From Raja brachyura (taxonomy: Eukaryota), in assembly GCA_963514005.1 (NCBI GenBank), contig OY740783.1:5828001-5892000 (forward strand): a DNA stretch of 64,000 bases, given 5' to 3'. Shown one piece after another: positions 34,875 through 45,750 of this stretch (positions are counted from its first letter, which is position 1; each line of letters opens with the position of its first letter). Position numbers and translations under genes: made by a program. A model generated the notes under the pieces. It saw nothing but the letters and a program-made list of their open reading frames with translations, was not told the DNA's origin and made no database searches.

Positions 34875-34913
34875 CGCTCTTGTACGGGTCTGTCACTGAA
34901 TCCTCACACTGTG
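34875..34913 (-). other. VH 23-bp-spacer RSS (degenerate nonamer)
   Basis: CACAGTG (34907-34913), 23 nt, ACAAGAGCG (34875-34883). Confidence 0.85.
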
Positions 34914-35214
34914 TCTCTCGCACAGTAATAGACAGCGGTGTCTTCGATCCTCAGGTCCCTGGCGGTCACGCTGAACATATTCGAATTGTCTTTGGACGGA
35001 GTAAATCGGCTCTCTATCCCTGGAGCGAAGTACTTGTCAGAAGGAGAGTTGTAGTAAAGCAGCCACTCCAGCCCCTGCCCGGGGACCTGACGGACCAAAC
35101 TCATGTAGTAGCTGCTAAGAGTGAACCCGCTGGTTTTACATTCCAGTGTGATGGAGCCTCCAGGACGGGCCGTCGCTGTCTTGGACTGAGTTAGAACGAC
35201 CTCCGAATGGACAC
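34914..35214 (-). CDS. IGHV: VH exon (leader part 2 + V region EVVLTQ...ECKTSGFTLSSYYMSLVRQVPGQGLEWL...EDTAVYYCAR)
   Basis: Both canonical Cys, GLEW and YYCAR present. Acceptor TTGCAG. Open frame through to the heptamer. Confidence 0.96.
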
Positions 35215-35376
35215 CTGCAAGTTATAAAAGGCATGAATGGTGAGGATAAAATACTGACCATTAATCCCCGACACTAATTATCAAGAGGAAAGACATTGGG
35301 AGGGTTGAAGAGTGGGTAGAAGGGGAATGGCGTTGGGGATCTACCACGTGAGGATTTTGTCCAACTCGTTACTCAC

Positions 35377-35422
35377 GGACTATTAATGCCAGGAACAGAC
35401 TCAGTGAAACCGCCGACCTCAT
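35377..35422 (-). CDS. IGHV: IgH leader exon (MRSAVSLSLFLALIV; spliced leader continues RVHS)
   Basis: 46-bp hydrophobic exon, donor GTGAGT, 162-bp intron, phase 1 matches the V exon. Confidence 0.92.
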
Positions 35423-35509
35423 CCCGCTGGGAAGTGTGACCCGGTTTGTTTCTGTACAGAACCTCGCAACAAACCCACTGCAAGGAAGATGGATTTCGGA
35501 CCCTCTTAG

Positions 35510-35585
35510 AGAGAATTAAATACCCGGCAAAAGAGGGCGTGGCTGTGGGCGGGGCCTGTAAACCGAGTGGTGCAACGGGCGGAGC
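35510..35585 (-). promoter_or_regulatory. Putative VH promoter: TATTTAA box and three GC/KLF boxes; no octamer
   Basis: TATTTAA (plus-strand TTAAATA, 35516-35522) lies about 95-100 bp upstream of the ATG. CCACGCCC, CCCCGCCC and CTCCGCCC lie further upstream. Confidence 0.55.
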
Positions 35586-35599
35586 TGAGACACGGCTCC

Positions 35600-36275
35600 C
35601 ATAGAAACATAGAAACACAGGTGCAGGAGTAGGCCATTCGGCCCTTCGAGCCTGCACCGCCATTCAATATGATCATGGCTGATCATCCAACTCAGTATCC
35701 TGTACCTGCCTTCTCTCCATACCCCCTGATCCCTCTAGCCACAAGGGCCACATTTAACTCCCTCTTAAATATAGCCAATGAACTGGCCTCAACTACCTTC
35801 TGTGGCAGAGAATTCCACAGACTCACCACTCTCTGTGTGAAAAATGTTTTTCTCATCTCGGTCCTAAAAAATTTCCCCCTTATCCTTAAACTGTGACCCC
35901 TTGTTCTGGACTTCCCCAACATCGGGAACAATCTTCCTGCATCTAGCCTGCCCAACCCCTTGAGAATGTTGTAAGTTTCTATAAGATCCCCCCTCAATCT
36001 TCTAAATTCTATAGAAACTTACAAAAAAACATTTTTCACACAGAGAGTGGTGAGTCTCTGGAATTATCTGCCACAGAAGGTGGTTGAGGCCAGTTCATTG
36101 GCTATATTTAAGAGGGAGTTAGATGTGGCCCTTGTGGCTAAAGGGATCAGAGGGTATGGAGAGAAGGCAGGTACAGGATACTGAGTTGGATGATCAGCCA
36201 TGATCACATTGAATGGCGGTGCAGGCTCGAATGGCCGAATGGCCTACTCCTGCACCTAATTTCTATGTTTCTATG
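35600..36275. mobile_element. Two oppositely oriented CR1 3' fragments (minus 35600-36010, plus 36011-36275)
   Basis: ORF 35692-35997 on the minus strand. Tails at both outer ends. Confidence 0.85.
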
Positions 36276-38459
36276 CAATGACATGGGCTCAAGAAACGAC
36301 CATGCGTCGCAAGGCCTATATGGAGTCCACTGGGAAAAAATAAATGTTTCATCAGAGATAGCTACTTGAGGTAACGGAGGTTGAAACCTTCCCATGTGAT
36401 TCAGCGCGGTCTAATTTAAAACAGACCGACAAGGCAGATTATTTTTCATTGCACCGCTGTATTCAGTGGTTTCGAAATGCCAGGATGCAAAAGCACAGCC
36501 TATGCATTGACAGTTGTCAACATTAATTGAAGGATGAAAACCATAGATTCAGGCTGAACAAAATGGAAATGAAATGATAAGAGATGTGAGTGTGNNNNNN
36601 NNNNNNNNNNNNNNNNNNNNNNNNNNNNNNNNNNNNNNNNNNNNNNNNNNNNNNNNNNNNNNNNNNNNNNNNNNNNNNNNNNNNNNNNNNNNNNNNNNNN
36701 NNNNNNNNNNNNNNNNNNNNNNNNNNNNNNNNNNNNNAAGGTAGACGCAGAATGCTGGTGACATAGAAACATCGAAAATAGGTGCAGCAGGAGGCCACTC
36801 GGCCCATCGAGCCAGCACCGCCATTCATTGTGATCATGGCTGATCGTCCCCTATCAATAACCCGTACCTGCCTTCTCCCCATATCCCTTGACTCCACTAG
36901 TCCCTAGAACTCTATCTAACTCTCTCTTAAATCCATCCAGTGACTTGGCCTCCACTGCCCTCTGCGGCAGGGAATTCCATAAATTCACTACTCTCTGGGT
37001 GAAAACGTTTTTTTCTCCCCTTTATTCTAAGACATTTATTCCCCTTTATTCTGGCGTTTCTGGTCGAGACCCTTCTTCAGACTTCTCCAGAGATACAGTC
37101 TGTCACCATTGAGTTACTCCAGCATTTTGTGTCTGCCTTCGATTTAAACCAGCACCTGCAGTTCCTTCCTACACATTCGTTGTCAATATCGAATCATATT
37201 GGGACTGTCTATTCTAATTTCGAGATTAGTTACAGAAAAGGCAGTAGGGAGAAATGATAATAATGCAAACACAACGTTATATTAAAATGCCATCAAGAGT
37301 TCCAAAGGAAATTAATGGATGTTATGGTGCAGGAGTGGAATTGTAGATCTGTCGAGTGATTGGAGAAATTATTGGCATTAGGGACGATTCCTGTAGTGTT
37401 GATATTCCAAAGAGCAAAGTTGAATGAAGACAAGTTCCAAACAATGAATCAATTAACACATTTGTTGGACAGTGTTCCAATGATCCAGACTGCACTGGTT
37501 GGGCGAATGGTGTCTAATAGAGATATCTGAAGAAGAATCCACTAGTGTTATCAGAGGAGATAGATAGAAATAGTCATTAACCGATGTGTGAGGAAAACAC
37601 GAGGAATGTCGAACATTTAAGGTGCAGACAGGCAAATCAATGTTCCTGCGTTCCAACATACTATTCTTCCACGACTTTGAATTGGAATTAATTATTGTAT
37701 TTTCTGTGCATCTGTGAATTTGTTACATGTGGCATTCAAATGTATGCAGAGAATGCTATTGATCCCAGCCATTGTTGGAAAATATGATACATGTTCTTAG
37801 TTAACCTAGCTTTGTAGGGAATATTGTGTTAAAGAAGGAACTGCAGATGCTGGAGAATCGAGGGTACACAAAAGAACGTTTCGGGCCGAAACGTCGCCTA
37901 TCTCCTTCGCTCCTTAGATGCTGCTGCACCCGCTGAGTTTCTCCAGCCTTTTGTGCACCTTTGAAGGGAATATTATTGACTACCATCATCCATATGCACT
38001 TCAACTTTGTTTATTGTTTCTACGAGTGAACGTTGACAACTTAAAATAAATGTCTCTGAAGTAGTCAGTTGGGACATTTGCATTTCTTTCTCACTTTATC
38101 AGTTTTGCGCCTCTCGGGAAACATTGACTCTGTTTCAGTCCTTCAGTAAACGAACTTAGGCCTGGGGCTGTTGAAATCAGCGTTTATTTAAATCAGCTCA
38201 TCTCTGTTTCCAGCCACTTTTAGAGCAACACAAACAAGGCAATGAAGACACCATTCTCAACGGCGATGATATGTTTTAAGGATATTGGCAGTTGGCGCGA
38301 ATCAACTGAATTCTCTGAAGGAGTCTATTTCTTCATTTCTCATTCAAATAAATTGATGGGATTTAAAATTATGGATTCACTTCAGAATATTATTTTGCTG
38401 CCCACTTGAATCTCCACTTGCAGGGATGTTTGAGCAAACGAGGTCAATGGAGGAATCAC

Positions 38460-40150
38460 AAAGCGGATGACACAAAGTTGGGTGGCAGTGTGAACTGTGA
38501 AGAGGATGTTAGGAGGTTACAGGGCGACCTGGACAGGTCGAGTGAGTGGGCAGATGCGTGGCAGATGCAGTACAATATAGATACATGTGAGGTTATTCAC
38601 TTTGGCGGCAAAAACAAGGGGGCAGATTATTATCTCAATGAAGTTAGGTTAGGTAAGGGGGAGGTACAGAGAGACCTATGTATCACTTGTACACCAGTCA
38701 CTGGAAGTTGGCGTGCAGGTACAACAGGCAGTGAAGAAAGCTAATGGAATGTTGGCCTTCATAACAAGAGGATTTCAGTACAGGAGTAAAGAGGTTCTTC
38801 TGCAGTTGTATAGGGCTCTGATAAGATCACATCTGGAGTATTGTGTACAGTTTTGGTCTCCTAATTTGAGGAAGGACTTCCTTGTGATTGAGGCAGTGCA
38901 GCGTAGGTTCACGAGATTGAAACGTTTTCACCCGGAGAGTTGTAGAATTTGTAGAATTCCCTGCCACAGAGGGCAGTGGAGGCCAAATCACTGGATGGAT
39001 TTAAGAGAGAGTTAGATAGAGCTCTAGGGGCTAGTGGAGTCAAGGGATATGGGGAGAAGGCAGGCACGGGTTATTGATTGGGGACGATCAGCCATGATCA
39101 CAATGAATGGCGGAGCTGGATCAAAGGGCCAAATGGCCGCCTCCTGCACCTCTTTTCCACATTTCTAACTTTCTATGTTTGTATGTATCAAGACACACAC
39201 ATGCAGAAGTAAGAATTTAATTGTACCGCTCTCGGCACTTATGAAAATTATACATTCTTGATACTTGAAGCGTCATATGTAAGAAACATATCCTGTTCCT
39301 GCTTTTTCCAATATCCCACGATTCCTTTAGTGCTAAGATCTAAACCTAACTCTCTCTTGAAAATATCCAGTGAATTGGCCTCCGATGCCTTCAGTGGCAG
39401 AAAATTCCACAGATTCACAACTCTCTGGGTGAATTTTTTTATCCTTATCTCATCTTACATGGCCTATCCCTTATTCTTAAACTGTGACCCTGGTTCTGGT
39501 CTCCCCCAACGGCGGGAACATTTTCCCTGCATCCAGCCTCTCAGTCCCGCCATGCCGGGAATAAACCTTGTGAAATTAATGGATGTTATGGTCCACTGCA
39601 CTACCTCAATAGCAATAATGTCCTTCCTCAAATTAGGAGACCAAAATCAAAATAGGACGTACATGGTAAATGGTAGGGAATTGAGGAGTGCTGTGGAACA
39701 GAGGGATCTAGGAATAACTGTGCATAGTTCCCTGAAGGTGGAATCGCATGTACATAGGGTGGTAAAGAAAGCTTTTGGTGTGCTGGCCTTTATAAATCAG
39801 AGCATTGAATATAGGAGAAGGGAAGTAATGTTAAAATTGTACAAGGCATTGGTAAGACCAATTCTGGACTATGGAGTACAATTTTGGTCGCCTAATTCTA
39901 TGAAGGATGTCAACAAAATAGAGAGAGTACAGAGGAGATTTTCTAGAATGTCGCCTGGGTTCCAGCAACTAAGTTACAGAGAAAGGTTGAACAAGTTAGG
40001 TCTTTATTCTTTGGAGCGCAGAACGTTAAGGGGGGACTTGATTGAGGTCTTTACAATGATCAAAGGGATCGACAGAGTTGACGTGGATAAGCTTTTCCCA
40101 TTGAAGGTAGGGAAGATTCAAACAAGAGGGCATGACATGAGAATGAAGGT
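38460..40150. mobile_element. Cluster of CR1 fragments (plus 38460-39180, minus about 39290-39640, plus about 39640-40150)
   Basis: ORFs 38406-38744, 38713-39015 and 39258-40331 contain CR1 ORF2 C-terminal motifs. Confidence 0.8.
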
Positions 40151-41071
40151 GAAATCCACAACTGCACGGGCTAAACCACGGCTACTGAAATTAAAGGAAT
40201 GTTTCGCGTGTCGCTGGGTGAAAAGCGTTTTCTTGGAAGTACAAGTAGCTGAGATGGAGAAATCGAGAGTAAGGGATGGCGTCCTTGCACGAGGGAGATT
40301 GGAAGGATGCAGTCAAAGTAACAAGTATTAATGGGCGTCTGTGCGTAGTCTATCTTTTGTGATGGAGACAGAGAGATCCTGAAAGCGGAGTTCCGTCACG
40401 GAGATTGTCCTCGTGAATTTCCGTTGTTCTATTTCATTTCTCCGTGTCAGTAACACTCTCTGTAGACGTGAAGCTTGTCAAGCCCTTAACGCAGGGTGAA
40501 TTATATTCACATTTAAACTCCTTGACACCTCATTTTTACCATGTTACATGGGACATGCTCCAGGGAAATATTTGTAACGTGATTTCACGAACAACAGTGT
40601 TGTACACTGAATAATATTTATAGTAATGGATCACCACTCGACAAGAACATTAAAGGTTGGAGCAGGGGAGGCCATTTGGCCCTTAAAACTGGTTCAACCT
40701 GATCATCATGTGCCCGATTATTCAAAATATTATTAGATCCCTCCAACGCCCAGAACTCTATCTAGCAAATTTGTGAATGGATGTAATGAACATCCATTCT
40801 ATCTTTTAATCAATTGCACTTCTCACTTTCAGTCCAAAGTGACTTTCAGTCCAAACTATCAGAAGAGCACAATTTCATTTCGGAGTCACGTGAGTGACTT
40901 CGTGAAGAACCCGCCAGCACGCATGCGCGACATATCGTCGCTCGCATTGCAGTCGACGGCTGGAGAGGAGCGCGGCTCATCACCAGCCCTTCATAAGGGC
41001 CACTCAGGTAAGTACTAACAACCTTGAGTTGGTTGTTCTGTGTGAATAATTGTGTTTTCTTCCACAGAGAC

Positions 41072-42841
41072 ATGGACAGTAGAAAAAGTAAAGGCCGTAA
41101 AACTTCTGCAAGGAGTTGTCGGCAACCCAACCCGGAGCCCCCCTCCACGGCAGGAGGACGGGCCGGGAAAAAGGCGCGCAAGCCGGGGAGCCCTGTATTC
41201 ACAGGATCCGGTTCACCGACGCAGCTATGCCCTAGCGGGGTACCTGCAGAACAATCAGTCGGTACAGCGCCGGAGCAGGTGCATCCTGACTCCATCTCTC
41301 TCTCACCCACTGGGTCGTTTGCAGAGACAAGTAAAAGGGATTCGCGTGCTGATGCACGGCCCTTCTCCCTGAGCCCTCTTGAAGGAGGCAGGGATACAAT
41401 TCCACTACCTAGCCCTTCGCGGGTTGAGGTCTCACCAGGAGCCACTAGGAAGTGGTCTGGTGAATCAGGCAGGCCCGAGTCCACTGGCAGACCAAGAAGG
41501 GCCAGTGTCGACTCACCACCCAGAGGGACCAGGAGGAGTCACAAGGGTGGAGCCTCGCCTAGGTCACCGCTTCCCCCGCTGGGGGCAGGTCGGGACCGTA
41601 CGCCGTCTGGGTCCAGATTTAGGACAGTCGGCAAGCCCGTGCGGACGTCGGGTCACCACGCTGCGGCGTCAGGTGCCGACCTCTCCCCACCCATGCCCTT
41701 TGAGGCAGCCGGGTCCAGCTCAGCGAAGAGGAGGCGCTCGAGCAGGTCCGCGCGGGAATCGCTCAGCTTCGCCGAGGCGGCTGGTAGCGACACATCATCA
41801 CAGTACCGATATTACCTCGACGAGGTACGGACTGATGATCGAAGCCTCAGGAGTTCCTTCGGGCACGAGGCCTCTTACCTCCCACACCCGCCCGATGAAG
41901 GGCGCTTGGATCGTATGGAGAGGATATTGGAGCAAGTTCTACTCAATCAGAAACAGGACACACACAGCTCCAGGGGACTCATGGATATATCCCCGTCCCC
42001 ATCTATGGACAACATAAGACCAGATGAGGAGGATATCCTGGTACATGCCCCAGCAGCACCTGAGGTCCCTCAGGAAGATCTGCTGGATGTGGCAGCCAAA
42101 TTCGGGTTACCCGTATCATCAGGACAACCCCTCAACATCAAACTGGCCGCAACCATAGATTATCTTACCAACCATCAATTGCAGGAGGAGGTCCTTGCGA
42201 AGGCCATGGAGAGACACAAGGCTCCAGGGAACTGCAATTCACTCCACGTGCCGATTGTGAACATGCCAATCTGGGGTAATATCAGCCCGGGCATCAGAGC
42301 GCAGGAAGTGAAACTGCAGAGGATTTTAAAACTGCTTACGTCTGGGATCACCGCTTTTGCAAAGTCGGTAGATGGGGTTGATCTAAGCACCGAACAGGAG
42401 GATGCTCTAGCTCTGCTCTGCAATACGCAGTACGAGATCAACGCTTTCCGGAAGAGCATTATCAAACCTTCCTTGAATCCCAAATTTGCGGGACTATGCA
42501 GAGCACCTCCTACCCCCCCCCCACCTAGACAGCTGTTCGGGGAAGACCTCCCAAAGCAGGTCAAAGAGCTCGATGACCATGCGAAAACCATAGGTCTGAT
42601 GAGACCACATTTTGTGGCCAGACCTTCGGCCAAGAAGACACCTTACTTCAGGCCACGAGGTCAGACCGATAGGCCAACAAGGACCTACGTTCCGGCACCT
42701 CCTCAATATCAACAGCCTCATCAGCCCAGGCCTTTTTTAGGACTAGGCCCTCAGCGGCCAGCATGGAAGATGCGGATTCCGCACCAACCACGAAACCCAG
42801 CGCCTCCACGTCCCACCAAAAATCCCAGGGACCGCCGATAA
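41072..42841 (+). CDS. DIRS A ORF1 (gag-like)
   Basis: Long open ORF from ATG 41072. Its C-terminal half is homologous to ORF 52816-54561 (P.NCNSL.VP.VN.PIW, LFGEDL). Confidence 0.85.
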   Translation: MDSRKSKGRKTSARSCRQPNPEPPSTAGGRAGKKARKPGSPVFTGSGSPTQLCPSGVPAEQSVGTAPEQVHPDSISLSPTGSFAETSKRDSRADARPFSLSPLEGGRDTIPLPSPSRVEVSPGATRKWSGESGRPESTGRPRRASVDSPPRGTRRSHKGGASPRSPLPPLGAGRDRTPSGSRFRTVGKPVRTSGHHAAASGADLSPPMPFEAAGSSSAKRRRSSRSARESLSFAEAAGSDTSSQYRYYLDEVRTDDRSLRSSFGHEASYLPHPPDEGRLDRMERILEQVLLNQKQDTHSSRGLMDISPSPSMDNIRPDEEDILVHAPAAPEVPQEDLLDVAAKFGLPVSSGQPLNIKLAATIDYLTNHQLQEEVLAKAMERHKAPGNCNSLHVPIVNMPIWGNISPGIRAQEVKLQRILKLLTSGITAFAKSVDGVDLSTEQEDALALLCNTQYEINAFRKSIIKPSLNPKFAGLCRAPPTPPPPRQLFGEDLPKQVKELDDHAKTIGLMRPHFVARPSAKKTPYFRPRGQTDRPTRTYVPAPPQYQQPHQPRPFLGLGPQRPAWKMRIPHQPRNPAPPRPTKNPRDRR

Positions 42842-42843
42842 CC

Positions 42844-44773
42844 ATGAAGGTAAGGGGGTCTGGGTTCCATGCACTTGCATGTCTAACCTCACGAATTGGG
42901 GGCAGATTACGGGGATTTAAGGAGGCTTGGGAAACCATCACTTCAGATGAGTTTATCTTGCAAAGTATTCAGGGTTATGAAATTGAGTTTATTCATGGCC
43001 AATTGCCTCCACCCCAGCATATGCCGAATCGCAAATTTGCACTTTCCAAAAAAGAATTGGCAGAAGGCTATGCTGAAATCTTGAGTTTACAAGACAAAGG
43101 TGTGATAGAACGAACCACACATGAACCAGTTGAATTTGTGTCTAATATATTTACTAAAACTAAAAAAGACGGTGGATGCCGGGTCATTATAGATTTAACT
43201 CACTTGAATACCTTTGTAAAATACACCCATTTCAAAATGGACACATTTGAAACAGCCAAATCTTTGATTTCGGAGGGCTGCTTCATGGCATGCATTGATT
43301 TAAAAGATGCATACTATTCAGTATCCATTCGGAAACATCATAGGAAGTTCTTGAAGTTTACCTGGATGGATCAGCTTTGGGCAATACAAAGCATTGCCCA
43401 ATGGGCTTACTACAGCCCCCAGACTGTTCACCAAACTACTCAAGCCAGTGTTATCTACACTGCGGAGACAAAATCATACGGTCATGGCTTATTTGGATGA
43501 CATTCTGATAATTGGGCACACTCTGGAATCCGCAGAGTTGGCGGTTTCAGCCACAGTGGAAATTTTTCAACAAATGGGGTTTATAATCCATCCAGACAAA
43601 TCAAAGTTCCTCCCCGCACAGATCATGGACTACTTGGGGTTCACAATAGACTCCAATCGCATGATCACCACCATCCCAACTAACAAAGTTGGTGATGTGT
43701 TTCAAGCATGCAAGAACCTGGTCTGCGCCAGTATACCGTCTATCAGATTAACTGCCAGGGTAATTGGCAAAATTGTAGCAGTATTTCCAGCTGCTCAATA
43801 TGGACCTTTACACTATCAGAATTTACAAAGGTCAAAAATAACAGCATTAAAATTAAATGCTGGACATTATGATAGACCCATGCAGTTGCCGGTTAAGGCA
43901 AAACTTGAGTTACTATGGTGGATTGGCAATATCCATAACTCATTTAAACCCATCATTGTGCCTCGTCCAAAGGTATACTTGCAAACAGATGCAAGCTCCC
44001 ATGGCTGGGGAGCTACAGACAACAATAACAGTTGTGGAGGTAGATGGGATTCACTTGAAGCTACTTTGTTGTTAGCACAAGGGATAAACTATTTGGAGAT
44101 GCTAGGAGCATTCCACGGACTTAGAGCCTATTGTTCAAACATGACTAACACTCATGTCCGTCTCCAAATAGACAATACCACTGCGGTGGCTTATCTGAAT
44201 CATATGGGCGGTACCAGGTCAATTTCATGCAATGAATTGGCAAACACAATTTGGCTCTGGTGTATTCAACGGAATATTTGGATCTCAGCTACCTACTTGC
44301 CAGGTGAGCTCAATACAGTGGCGGACACCAGGTCACGGAAGTTCAATGACAATATCGAGTGGATGTTGAACCCCCAAATATTCACCAAAATTACAGCCAA
44401 ATTTGGTAAACCGGATATTGACCTTTTTGCGTCACGGTTGAACCATCAGGTACCAACATACGTATCATGGGAGCCAGATCCTGGGGCAATGGCGATGGAC
44501 GCATTCTCGCTAGACTGGGGGAAATGGTTCTTCTATGCCTTTCCTCCATTCTGCCTCATCAGTCGGGTATTGCGGAAAATCCAGCTCGATGCTGCCAAGG
44601 GCATCCTCATTATACCCGACTGGCCTACGCAATCATGGTATCCGGTGGTCCTTGGAATGATAAGTCAACCATGGGTCCTCTTGGAGGGTTGCCCACAATT
44701 GGTGACGAACCCTGCCACAGGGGAACCACACCCCTGCCATAGTCATTTGAATCTATTGGCTTGCAGGATCTGA
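42844..44773 (+). pseudogene. DIRS A ORF2 (RT-RNase H-methyltransferase-like) with a +1 frameshift near 43380
   Basis: ORFs 42763-43500 and 43394-44773: IDLKDAY, YLDD, TDAS, INYLE, DNTTAV, ADTRSR, DLFAS, AFPPF. Extra G in CTTTGGGCAA relative to element B. Confidence 0.9.
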
Positions 44774-45750
44774 ACAGGCCACTACTTCAGTATGGTCTAT
44801 CTTCAAGGACAATGGATACCATGGGAGCATCATGCAGGGAGTCCTCAAGACGGCAGTACTTATCGTACATCAGGAAATGGGAATCCTATTGTGGCCGCAT
44901 GGACGTTGCATATGACTCCGTCTCCATCACAGATGTGCTGGAATTTCTTGCGGGGCTACATCATGATCAACATCTCAGCTATAGTGCCATCAATAGCGCC
45001 AGGAGTGCGCTCTCGTCCTACCTCAATATTGAGGTAGGATCCAATAAATTGGTCTCCAAACTTATGCGGGGGATATTTAATTCCAACCCGCCGAGGCCCC
45101 GTTACAACGTCACATGGGATATTGGCAAAGTGCTGACCCTGCTGAGAACATGGTCACCCATGACGGGGCTCGAATTGGACAAACTCACCCTGAAGGTGGT
45201 GATGTTGATGGCACTTACTTCAGCACAAAGGGTGCAAACGCTTCACAAGGCCAAGATCGACAGAATGATCTCCACCCCTGAACGGGTCACTTTCTTCATT
45301 GATGAATTGCTCAAGCAGCATAGACCTGGATTTACAGGGCTGCAGCTGGAGTTTCCAGCATACCCCGCTGATGCTAGGCTATGCATAGCCACCCATATCC
45401 GCCACTATATCAAAGTGACGAGGAAAATATGGGGAATGGAGCAATACCTGTTCATCAGTCACAAAAAACCTCACCATAGAGTGACGGTGCAGACGATATC
45501 CCGATGGCTCAGGATCGTCTTAAACAAGGCAGGTATTGACACTAATGTTTTTAAATCCCATTCCACCAGGGCAGCATCAACATCGGCGGCAAAGGCCATG
45601 GAGGTGCCCATGGACCAGATACTTGCCACAGCGGGATGGGCCAGTGAAGCCACTTTTCAACGGTTTTACAATAAACCCGTCACCGTACCTGGAATGTTCG
45701 CAGGAGCCGTGCTGGATGCAGGCCGAGAACATACAGTTCCCCCTCAGTGA
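44767..45750 (+). CDS. DIRS A tyrosine recombinase
   Basis: Catalytic residues R (SAQRV), HxxR (HSTR), W (AGW) and Y (RFY). Confidence 0.92.
   Translation, partial: DLNRPLLQYGLSSRTMDTMGASCRESSRRQYLSYIRKWESYCGRMDVAYDSVSITDVLEFLAGLHHDQHLSYSAINSARSALSSYLNIEVGSNKLVSKLMRGIFNSNPPRPRYNVTWDIGKVLTLLRTWSPMTGLELDKLTLKVVMLMALTSAQRVQTLHKAKIDRMISTPERVTFFIDELLKQHRPGFTGLQLEFPAYPADARLCIATHIRHYIKVTRKIWGMEQYLFISHKKPHHRVTVQTISRWLRIVLNKAGIDTNVFKSHSTRAASTSAAKAMEVPMDQILATAGWASEATFQRFYNKPVTVPGMFAGAVLDAGREHTVPPQ

Noticed and set aside
38076-38083. Isolated octamer ATTTGCAT 2.6 kb upstream of the leader
   Set aside because: A single 8-mer with no supporting context; about this many are expected by chance in 64 kb.
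39258-40331. 357-aa ORF as a possible host gene
   Set aside because: Chance fusion of an antisense CR1 piece, a sense CR1 C-terminus and a Penelope-like fragment.
40990-41000. CATAA as a DIRS TATA box
   Set aside because: Only about 12 nt upstream of the conserved donor and internal to the region that must be transcribed.
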